Source: an uncultured Candidatus Rokubacteria bacterium
Lineage (GTDB): Bacteria > Methylomirabilota > Methylomirabilia > Rokubacteriales > CSP1-6
DNA length: 64,000 bases
Direction: 5' to 3'
Assembly: GCA_963747235.1 (NCBI GenBank)
Contig: CAVVEU010000024.1
Span: forward strand, 192,001 to 256,000
In this document: positions 55,277-64,000 of the stretch, one piece after another
Layout: every line of letters begins with the position of its first letter
Position numbering within the stretch: the first letter of the stretch is position 1
Program-made: the position numbers and the translations under genes
Notes under the pieces: generated by a model
Told to the model about the DNA's origin: nothing
The model's database searches: none
The model's input: only the letters and a program-made list of their open reading frames with translations

Positions 55277-55682
55277 CTACGGAACCGAGACGCTCGTGGC
55301 GTCACCGGAGTTGGTGATGGTGAAGGTACCGGACGTCGTGGAGGCGTAGCCGTACGCGCCCCAGCCGGCCGGGCCCGCGGGGACCGAGGCCAGGAAGGGG
55401 CCGCCCGGCTGCCCGAGCGAGTTGGTGACCACCGAGGTAGAGGGCGGTCAGGGCGCCGGGGAGCGTGCCCATGTGAGCGGAGTAGATGCTGACGGCGGAC
55501 GCGAGGGCCCGGGCATCAGCCTGGGCCTTGGCCAGCCGCGCGCGCGCCTGGACGTTGGCGTACAGCGGGATGGCGATGGCAGCGAGGATACCGATGATGG
55601 CGACGACGATCATCAACTCGATGAGCGTGAAGCCGCGCTGGTTGCTCAGCAGCTTGTGCCGCCGGTGCCAGAACTTCGTCAT
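55277..55682 (-). CDS. pilA: Type IVa major pilin, copy B (+1 indel near 55439)
   Basis: NQRG/FTLIELMIVVAIIGILAAIAIP; ends ...GDATSVSVP* once the indel is corrected. Confidence 0.85.
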
Positions 55683-55751
55683 GGACTCTGCCTCCGTTGT
55701 TTTCGGTTGAGATGTTGATCCTGCGCCCGTGGCGCACCGGTCACGCTCATG

Positions 55752-55767
55752 TGCACATCGTGTGCCA
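55752..55767 (-). promoter_or_regulatory. sigma54 promoter of pilA copy B
   Basis: TGGCACACGATGTGCA (GG-N10-GC). Confidence 0.7.
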
Positions 55768-55869
55768 CGCGAGGCCAGACGAACACGCCGTCGGAGTGAC
55801 GCATTGAACGGCGGAGCGGCGGGGCATCGGCGGGACCGACGCGTTGGCGCGCCGACACGACATCATCAC

Positions 55870-55914
55870 AAAATGACGATCACGCGGGGAGGGGTTACCT
55901 CGCCCGCGTGATCG
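55870..55914 (-). terminator. Terminator hairpin after pilA copy A
   Basis: CGATCACGCGGG...CCCGCGTGATCG stem followed by TCATTTTG. Confidence 0.7.
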
Positions 55915-55943
55915 GTTCAGCAGTTGCTGCGTTGGTTCAGCCC

Positions 55944-56349
55944 TTACGGAACCGAGACGCTCGTGGCTGTCACCGGAGTTGGTGATGGTGAAGGTACCGG
56001 AAGTCGTGGAGGCGTAGCCGTACGCGCCCCAGCCGGCCGGGCCCGCGGGGACCGAGGACATGAAGGGACCGCCCGCCTGCCCGAGCGAGTTGGTGACCAC
56101 CGAGGTGAGGGCGGTCAGGGCGCCGGGGAGCGTGCCCATGTGAGCGGAGTAGATGCTGACGGCGGACGCGAGGGCCCGGGCATCAGCCTGGGCCTTGGCC
56201 AGCCGCGCGCGCGCCTGGACGTTGGCGTACAGCGGGATGGCGATGGCAGCGAGGATACCGATGATGGCGACGACGATCATCAACTCGATGAGCGTGAAGC
56301 CGCGCTGGTTGCCCAGCATCTTCCGCTTACGATTCCAGAACCTGTTCAT
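55944..56349 (-). CDS. pilA: Type IVa major pilin, copy A (+1 indel near 55967)
   Basis: NQRG/FTLIELMIVV; 117-aa mature pilin ending ...SVSVP* once the indel is corrected. Confidence 0.87.
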
Positions 56350-56423
56350 TGTAATTCCTCCCTGAACCTGTTGGCCTTTACGGCCGAGTATAGAAAGTTG
56401 AATTGCTTCTGGCAGAGAGGGAA

Positions 56424-56439
56424 TGCATCTTCGGTGCCA
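56424..56439 (-). promoter_or_regulatory. sigma54 promoter of pilA copy A
   Basis: TGGCACCGAAGATGCA (GG-N10-GC), downstream of pilR. Confidence 0.75.
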
Positions 56440-56626
56440 CGACCTTTCGGGGGAAACCGTCAGAGATTTGACGGTCTGGCCGAAGAGGGCAGGAGCCTAC
56501 TCCAGATTCTAAGTACTTGCTTCTATGTAATAAACTGGCTGGGCTCGTCCGCCCTGGCCCCGCGTCAGGGTTCCTGTCAGGCGTATTGCGCTTTGACGAC
56601 GGACGTAACCACATCGACGAGGAATG

Positions 56627-58024
<1,398 letters not shown>

Positions 58025-58082
58025 ATCCGCCTCGTCTCGCGGCGCCGGCTCCCGGCCCACCGCGTCAGGATGCTATTCGGAC

Positions 58083-59726
58083 TCATCTGCGGGCGGCCCC
58101 CTCGGGAGCGGGAAGCGTGAGGACGAAGGTCGTGCCCTCGCCTACGCGGCTCCGGACCTCGATCGAGCCTCCGTGCTCCTCGACGACCCGGTAGACGAGC
58201 GCCAGGCCGATGCCGCTGCCCTCCGGCTTCGTCGAGAAGAACGGCTCGAATATGTGCGGCAGGTCGGTCTCCGCGATGCCCTGGCCGGTGTCGGTGATGG
58301 AGATCTGGAGGCGGCCCCCGCGCTCGCGGAGCGACTGGGCTCCGACCCGGAGCTCACCCCCGTCGGGCATCGCCTGGACCGCGTTGAGACAGAGATTCCA
58401 CACCGCCTGCCGCAGCCGCTGGGGATCGGCGCGGGTCGGCAGCGACTCTCCGTACTCCCGCGACACCTTCAGGTTGGCGGGCAGGGTGCGATGCTCGATG
58501 AGGAGCAGCACCTCGTCGAGGATCTCCGCCATGTTGATCTCGATCGCCGCCATCGGGGCCGGGCGTGCGTACTCGAGGAAGTCCCCGACGATCTGGTTGA
58601 GCCGGGCGGACTCCCGCAGCACGATGTCGACGAGCTGGCTCCGGGTATTGTCGGGCGGCAGATCGCGGGCGAGCGCCTCGACCGCTCCCGAGATCGACGC
58701 GAGCGGGTTGCGGATCTCGTGCGCCATGTTGGCCGAGAGGCGGCCGACCGCGGCCAGCCGGTCCGCCTGGCGCATGCGCTGCTCCATCTGCTTGATGCTG
58801 GAGAGGTCCTGGCAGACCCCGATGAGGCCGGCCACGTCTCCGGTGCCGGAGCGAAGCGACCAGAACGAGATGCCAACCGGAACCTCCTGACCGTCGCGCC
58901 GGCGGAGACGGAACTCGTAGCGCGGCGCCGGCTCGCTTCCGTCCGAGACCGCGCGACTCACCTCGGCCAGGTCGACCCCGTCTCCGAAGATCGTTTCCCA
59001 CCCCTGGTCGACCGCGTCCTCCGCGCGCACGCCGGTGATGGACTCGGCGGCCCGGTTGAACGCGGTGACCCGGCCGTTCGGAGCCACGCCGACCAGCCCC
59101 GAGCCCACCGATTCGAAGATCAGGTCTCGGAAGGCCTGCAGGTCGGAGAGATGCTTCCGCTGGTCCTCCATGTGTTCCTGCAGCTCGTGATAGCGCTCCG
59201 CGAGGGCCCCGGTGACGACCGCGACCGCGAGCAGCACTCCCGCGTTCATGAAGACGGTCAAGATCTCGAGCGCGGTGTTCTCGGAGGGGGCGCCCACCTT
59301 CAACATCGGCACGATCGTGCGGCCCAGGACCGGCAGCACGTAGAGGAGACTGCAGATTCCCGCGACGATCAGGCCTCCCCGCCCGGAGAGCACGAAGCAA
59401 GAGGCCACCACGAGGAGCACGTAGAGTGGGATGAAGACCGATTGGGGCCCGCCGGTCGCGGTGATGATGCCGGTGATGAGGACCGCGTCCAACCCGAACT
59501 GGAACCACGCGATCCGCTCCAGCGGCACGCCCCGCCGCTCCCCCAGCGGCAACACCAGGCAGGCGGCGGCGCCGCCGAGCACCGCCATCGCAAACGTGCC
59601 GAAGGCGTACGGGAACGCCTCCGTGAACCGGAGCAGCGCTCCGACCGCCAGCACGATGGCGGCCGTGAGCAGTCGCGCCCGGTTCAGCCCCCACAGGGAC
59701 GAACGGAGCGCGGGCGACTTGGGCAA
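58083..59726 (-). CDS. pilS: Membrane PAS sensor histidine kinase
   Basis: About 6 TM, PAS domain, AHEIRNPL, NAVQAM, DTGQG, GIGL. Confidence 0.87.
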   Translation of the reverse strand: MPKSPALRSSLWGLNRARLLTAAIVLAVGALLRFTEAFPYAFGTFAMAVLGGAAACLVLPLGERRGVPLERIAWFQFGLDAVLITGIITATGGPQSVFIPLYVLLVVASCFVLSGRGGLIVAGICSLLYVLPVLGRTIVPMLKVGAPSENTALEILTVFMNAGVLLAVAVVTGALAERYHELQEHMEDQRKHLSDLQAFRDLIFESVGSGLVGVAPNGRVTAFNRAAESITGVRAEDAVDQGWETIFGDGVDLAEVSRAVSDGSEPAPRYEFRLRRRDGQEVPVGISFWSLRSGTGDVAGLIGVCQDLSSIKQMEQRMRQADRLAAVGRLSANMAHEIRNPLASISGAVEALARDLPPDNTRSQLVDIVLRESARLNQIVGDFLEYARPAPMAAIEINMAEILDEVLLLIEHRTLPANLKVSREYGESLPTRADPQRLRQAVWNLCLNAVQAMPDGGELRVGAQSLRERGGRLQISITDTGQGIAETDLPHIFEPFFSTKPEGSGIGLALVYRVVEEHGGSIEVRSRVGEGTTFVLTLPAPEGAARR

Positions 59727-59741
59727 CCAGCAGCTCTCGGG

Positions 59742-60941
59742 CTACTTGACCAGCGTGACCAGTTTGAAGATCGGCAGGTACATGGCCACGACGAGGCCGC
59801 CGACCACCACGCCGAGGAACACGATCATCATCGGCTCCAGCAGCGAGGTGAGCGTGCTGACCGCGGTGTCCACTTCGTCGTCATAGAAGTCGGCGATCTT
59901 GCTCAGCATCGCGTCGAGGGCGCCGGTCTGCTCGCCGACCGAGATCATCTGGGTGACCATCGGCGGGAACACGCCGGAGGTGCGCAGCGGATCGGCCAGG
60001 GTCTTACCTTCCGTGACCGCGGCGCGGCACTGGAGCACCGCCTTCTCCACCACCTTGTTCCCGGCGGTCCGGGCGGTGATCCGGAGGCCGTCCAGGATCG
60101 GCACGCCGGACTGGACGAGAGTGCCCAGCGTCCGGGTGAAGCGGGCCACCGCGACCTTGCGCACGAGGGTGCCGAAGACCGGGAGCTTGAGCATCAGCGC
60201 ATCGATGGTGGCGCGCCCGCCCTCGGTTCGGTAGTAGGACCGCAGGGCCATGACCGAGCCGATCATGCCCGCGATGATCAGCAGGATGTAGGCGCGCACG
60301 AAGTTGGACAGCCACAGGACGATCATCGTGGGCATCGGTAGGTCCGCGCCGAGGTCCTTGAACATCTGGGCGAAGGTCGGGATCACGAACGTCAGCATGA
60401 AGATGACGACCATCATCGCGACCCCGATGATCGCGGCCGGGTACACCATCGCGGCCTTGACCTTGCGCTTGAGGGCGGCCGCTTTCTCGATGTAGGCGGC
60501 GAGACGCTGGAGGACGACGTCGAGGATACCGCCGGCCTCTCCCACCTCGACGAGGTTCGTGAAGAGATCATCGAAGGTTCGCGGGTGGCGCCGCAGCGCG
60601 TCGGCGAGCGTGGAGCCCGCCTCCACGTGGCGGGCGACCTGTCCGGTGACGCTCCGGAGCGTCTTCGACTCGCTCTGCTCGGCGAGGATGTTCAGGCACT
60701 GCACCAGCGGAAGACCGGCGTCGATCATGGTGGAGAACTGGCGGGTGAAGATCGCCATCTCCTTGTCCTTGACCTTGCCGCCGAACTTGAAGGATATCTT
60801 CGGCGCCGTCTTTTCCGCGATCTTGGTGACGAGAATCGAGCGGCGCCGAAGCTCTCCCACCGCCGCCGAGCGGTCGGGAGCTTCGATCTCGCCGTTCTGG
60901 TTTCCACTGGCGGTGCGACCCTGATAGACGAAGACAGCCAT
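59742..60941 (-). CDS. pilC: Type IV pilus platform protein
   Basis: FTRQFSTMIDAGLP, GEAGG, YP, GEQTG, MYLPIF. Confidence 0.93.
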   Translation of the reverse strand: MAVFVYQGRTASGNQNGEIEAPDRSAAVGELRRRSILVTKIAEKTAPKISFKFGGKVKDKEMAIFTRQFSTMIDAGLPLVQCLNILAEQSESKTLRSVTGQVARHVEAGSTLADALRRHPRTFDDLFTNLVEVGEAGGILDVVLQRLAAYIEKAAALKRKVKAAMVYPAAIIGVAMMVVIFMLTFVIPTFAQMFKDLGADLPMPTMIVLWLSNFVRAYILLIIAGMIGSVMALRSYYRTEGGRATIDALMLKLPVFGTLVRKVAVARFTRTLGTLVQSGVPILDGLRITARTAGNKVVEKAVLQCRAAVTEGKTLADPLRTSGVFPPMVTQMISVGEQTGALDAMLSKIADFYDDEVDTAVSTLTSLLEPMMIVFLGVVVGGLVVAMYLPIFKLVTLVK

Positions 60942-60962
60942 CGTGTAAGCCTCCCCGGTGGA

Positions 60963-62096
60963 CTACCGTCTGCCGAATGGAGAGCCGCCCGCGCCCGCGA
61001 CCGCGGCGGGCGCGCCCGCGGGGGCGGCCGGAGCGTTCCCGAGCAGTCCCGCGAGCTCTTCGGGCAGCGTGCTGCGGTTCAGCGCTTCTTCCCGGCTGAT
61101 GCGGCGCTTCTGCACCAGCTCGGCGAGCGACTGGTTCATGGTCTGCATGCCGAACTTCTGGCCCGCCTGCATGGCGGAATAGATCTGGTGGACCTTCTCC
61201 TCGCGGATGAGGTTCCGGATCGCGGGAGTCGCGACCATGATCTCCAGCGACATGGCCCGGCCCCGGCCGTCCGCGGTCGGGATCAATTGCTGCGACATGA
61301 CGCCCTCGAGCACCAGGGAAAGCTGGGCGCGCACCTGCGCCTGCTGGCTGGTGGGGAACACGTCGATGATCCGGTTGATCGTCTGAGCGCAGGAGTTGGT
61401 GTGGAGCGTGCCGAGCGTCAGGTGGCCGGTCTCGGCGATGGTCAGGGCCGCCGAGATGGTCTCGAGGTCGCGCATCTCACCGACGAGCACGACGTCGGGG
61501 TCCTGGCGCAGGATCGACTTCAGCGCGTTCTTGAACGAGTGCGTGTCCGAGAAGACCTCGCGCTGGTTCACCATGCACTTCTTGTGCTGGTGCACGAACT
61601 CGATCGGGTCCTCGATGGTGACGATGTGCTCCGAGCGCTCGGAGTTGACCTTGTCCACCATCGCGGCCAGCGTCGTCGACTTGCCGGAGCCGGTGGGGCC
61701 GGTGACCAGGATCAGGCCCTTGGGCCGGTCGGCCATCTGCTCGACGATCGCGGGAAGCCCCAGCTCGTCGAAGGTCCGGATCTTCACCGGGATGACGCGG
61801 ATGGCGCAGGCGACCGCGCCCCGCTGGCGGTAGACGTTGCAGCGGAAGCGAGCGAGCCCGTGGATGCCGAACGACAGGTCCAGCTCGTTCTCTTCCTCGA
61901 ACTTCTGCTTCTGGCCCTCGTTGAGGACGCTGTAGGCCAGGCGCTGCGTATCGGTCGGGCTCAGCGATTCGAACTGGGTGATCGGCGTGAGCTTGCCGTT
62001 GAGCCGGATCTGCGGGTGCGTGCCCGTCGTGATGTGGAGGTCGGAGGCTCCACGCTCGATCATCAGGGTCAGCAGGTCGTGCATCGTGGCCGCCAT
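60963..62096 (-). CDS. pilT: Twitching motility retraction ATPase
   Basis: GPTGSGKSTT, TIEDPIE, LRQDPD, GEMRD, AIRNLIRE. Confidence 0.95.
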   Translation of the reverse strand: MAATMHDLLTLMIERGASDLHITTGTHPQIRLNGKLTPITQFESLSPTDTQRLAYSVLNEGQKQKFEEENELDLSFGIHGLARFRCNVYRQRGAVACAIRVIPVKIRTFDELGLPAIVEQMADRPKGLILVTGPTGSGKSTTLAAMVDKVNSERSEHIVTIEDPIEFVHQHKKCMVNQREVFSDTHSFKNALKSILRQDPDVVLVGEMRDLETISAALTIAETGHLTLGTLHTNSCAQTINRIIDVFPTSQQAQVRAQLSLVLEGVMSQQLIPTADGRGRAMSLEIMVATPAIRNLIREEKVHQIYSAMQAGQKFGMQTMNQSLAELVQKRRISREEALNRSTLPEELAGLLGNAPAAPAGAPAAVAGAGGSPFGRR

Positions 62097-62155
62097 TGGT
62101 TCCCTTGAACCTCCCTATAGACCTGAGTGTATGCCCCAGGGCCCCTCAAGGCGCA

Positions 62156-62171
62156 TGCAACCTGCGTTCCA
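62156..62171 (-). promoter_or_regulatory. sigma54 promoter of pilT-pilC-pilS-pilR
   Basis: TGGAACGCAGGTTGCA (GG-N10-GC with TTGC). Confidence 0.65.
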
Positions 62172-62355
62172 GATTGCCCGGGTATTCCGCGAACGCGACG
62201 GATGCCCGGGCGGTGCCGGGTCACCAGTGGCGACAAGTCATTCTAGCCCAGGGTGGTTTTACCAAGCGCTTATTGGCTGAGGCCCCGGGAGGGGGCCGGG
62301 CGGATTCCAGGCGGGGATTCCACACCGGGTGTAGCTCCGGTGCGCGAAATGAGGG

Positions 62356-62892
62356 CTAGCGAACGCCTCCGAGGCGCTTCAGAACCTCGCTGAAGGCCTT
62401 CTGGGCCTGGTCCTCGTAGAGCACGAAGAGGACCTTCTCCAGGCTCGAGGTCCCTCGCTTGACGTGCTCGACCACGGTGGTCAGCATCGCGTCGGCGGAC
62501 TGCGCCGCCGGCACGCCGCCCACTCCACTCCCGAGGGCCGGGAACGCGAGCGACGAGAGCTTGTGCTTCTCGGCGATCGCCAGGGTGGCCCGGGTGGCCG
62601 CGATGATGTTGTCGGGGTCCGCCTTGAGGTCCTTCCCCATGGTGACCGCGTGAATGACGTGGGTCGCCGCCAGGTTCCCGGCGACCGTCAGCACCGCCTC
62701 GCCGATCTCCAGCGGCCCTTGCCGGATGGCATCTTCCTCGATGACCACTCCGCCCTTGCGCTTGAGCGCCCCGGCGACGCCGGCGCCCATCCACAGCTCG
62801 GCGTTGGCGGCGTTGACCACCGCGTCGACCTCGGCCTCGGTGATATCCCCGCGCTCGACGATGACGGTCGTCTTGCCGATCTTGCACTTCAT
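62356..62892 (-). CDS. Macrodomain (ADP-ribose-binding/hydrolase) protein
   Basis: GDIT, DAVVNAAN, GAGVAGA, VIHAV, FPALGSGVGG. Confidence 0.9.
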   Translation of the reverse strand: MKCKIGKTTVIVERGDITEAEVDAVVNAANAELWMGAGVAGALKRKGGVVIEEDAIRQGPLEIGEAVLTVAGNLAATHVIHAVTMGKDLKADPDNIIAATRATLAIAEKHKLSSLAFPALGSGVGGVPAAQSADAMLTTVVEHVKRGTSSLEKVLFVLYEDQAQKAFSEVLKRLGGVR

Positions 62893-63704
62893 GACCGCAT
62901 CTCCGATTCGGGACGGTCCGGACCCTCTTGCGCCTTGACTGCTTCCCACGCTTGATCCAGGTCTGCCGCAGATGCCTCAGTGACCGTCCGGCCGCCCGCC
63001 TTCATCTCCGTCTCCACCTTCCCGAAGCGTCGGGTGAACTTCTCGGAGGCTCGGCGCAGGCAGTCCTCGGCATCCATGCCCCGTAGCCGTGCCACATTGA
63101 CGATCGAAAACAGCAGATCACCGAGCTCGTCCGCGACGCGGGTGTCATCCCCGCCGGTCAGCGCCGCCTGGACTTCGCCCACTTCCTCCCCCACCTTGCC
63201 CCACGCGTCCTGCCAGCCGGGCCAGTCGAAGCCCACGCGGGCCGCCTTGGTCTGCAGCCGCTGCGCCCGGAGTAGGGCGGGAAGCGAGGCGGGCACCCCC
63301 TCGAGGGCGGAGCCCGTCGAACCGGCCTCTTCGCGCTTGATCCGCTCCCACTGAGCGAGGGCCTCCCGGGAATCGGCCACCACGCGGTCTCCGAATACGT
63401 GCGGGTGCCGGCGGGTCATCTTGTCGCAGACCCGCTCGACCACGTCATCCATCGTGAACTCGCCGGCCTCGGCCCCGAGCTGACTATGGAAGACGACCTG
63501 GAAGAGCAGATCACCGAGCTCCTCCACCAGGTGATCTCGCGAGCCCTCATCGATGGCCTGCACGACCTCGTAGGCCTCCTCGATGACATACGGACGGAGC
63601 GAGGTTCGCGTCTGCTCGCGGTCCCACGGGCAGCCACCTTCGGCCCTGAGGCGAGCCATGAGGGAGAGGAGGGAGACGAAGCGAGTGCCGGCGGCGTCAG
63701 CCAT
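62889..63704 (-). CDS. mazG: Nucleoside triphosphate pyrophosphohydrolase MazG
   Basis: CPWDREQT, EEAYE, EELGDLL, RRHPHVF, GFDW. Confidence 0.93.
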   Translation of the reverse strand: MADAAGTRFVSLLSLMARLRAEGGCPWDREQTRTSLRPYVIEEAYEVVQAIDEGSRDHLVEELGDLLFQVVFHSQLGAEAGEFTMDDVVERVCDKMTRRHPHVFGDRVVADSREALAQWERIKREEAGSTGSALEGVPASLPALLRAQRLQTKAARVGFDWPGWQDAWGKVGEEVGEVQAALTGGDDTRVADELGDLLFSIVNVARLRGMDAEDCLRRASEKFTRRFGKVETEMKAGGRTVTEASAADLDQAWEAVKAQEGPDRPESEMRS

Positions 63705-63879
63705 GGGAAAATCGTGGAGTCGCACCGGCATTATACACAACCGGTTCCACTCGGTTGCAGGCTAGCACACGTCTGCGGTTCGCGCCCTCCCTGGACCAGC
63801 TAGCTGGCCGCCCACAGCGCTGCTCCCGGCCTGGCAAGCCTCTGATTTGGTTACCACGACTGGTAATATTTGGATCCTA

Positions 63880-63909
63880 CTTGACACTCACAGACTCAGG
63901 ATATATAAG
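63880..63909 (+). promoter_or_regulatory. sigma70 promoter of dnaK with an overlapping HAIR-like operator
   Basis: TTGACA-N17-TATAAG; CTTGACA-N7-ACTCAGG resembles CTTGAGT-N7-ACTCAAG. Confidence 0.6.
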
Positions 63910-63962
63910 TCAGATACGCTTAGATTAGAGCGACCAGCCATTCAGACAGGGGAGAACACGCT

Positions 63963-64000
63963 ATGGCGAAGGTGATCGGTATCGACCTCGGCACGACGAA
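63963..64000 (+). CDS. dnaK: Chaperone DnaK, 5' fragment
   Basis: MAKVIGIDLGTT after a GGGGAG RBS. Confidence 0.85.
   Translation, partial: MAKVIGIDLGTT

Noticed and set aside
55277-56349. Programmed frameshift or phase variation in the pilA copies
   Set aside because: Each +1 insertion is at a different, non-repetitive site, and similar indels occur in accB, thiE and purE, so sequencing error is more likely
55944-56349. Electrically conductive (e-pilin) type pilin
   Set aside because: The mature protein is 117 aa with only about 8 F/Y/W residues and large aromatic-free gaps
63881-63907. CIRCE element upstream of dnaK
   Set aside because: The left half TTGACACTC is similar but the right half does not match GAGTGCTAA

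Overview
High-GC bacterial window, tentatively Rokubacteria/Methylomirabilota-like (inference from GC content, liv transporter, Deltaproteobacteria-type pil/aro/efp/acc synteny and the TMTC expansion). Many single-base indels, densest at about 2.6-19.4 kb but also in housekeeping genes, are most likely long-read errors, so many genes were rebuilt across frames and their coordinates are approximate. Contents in order: (1) an operon of purE, a heme-oxygenase-like diiron protein, a Rieske ferredoxin and a GlcG-type protein; (2) a ~16 kb sugar-nucleotide operon behind a sigma54-type promoter (TPP E1 alpha/beta, DPM1-like GT2, three SDR epimerases, HldE-like bifunctional enzyme, Gfo/Idh/MocA, a UDP-Glc-dehydrogenase homologue lacking the catalytic Cys, GmhB, GmhA, transaldolase, three methyltransferases, a desaturase) followed by a convergent ArnT-like GT-C; (3) seven dispersed TMTC-like GT-C/TPR paralogues; (4) livKHMGF-MaoC-OCD and an FAD oxidoreductase; (5) thiE, accCB, efp, aroB, aroC; (6) a type IV pilus locus (pilMNOPQ, three minor pilins, pilD, two near-identical pilA units, pilRS, pilC, pilT); (7) a macrodomain gene, mazG and the start of dnaK. 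Best candidate for a new system: a lipid-carrier-dependent protein (pilin) O-glycosylation pathway that makes a higher-carbon (lincosamide-like octose or branched) sugar, delivers it through an expanded TMTC-like family, and shares sigma54-type promoters with the pilus genes. That functional link is inference.
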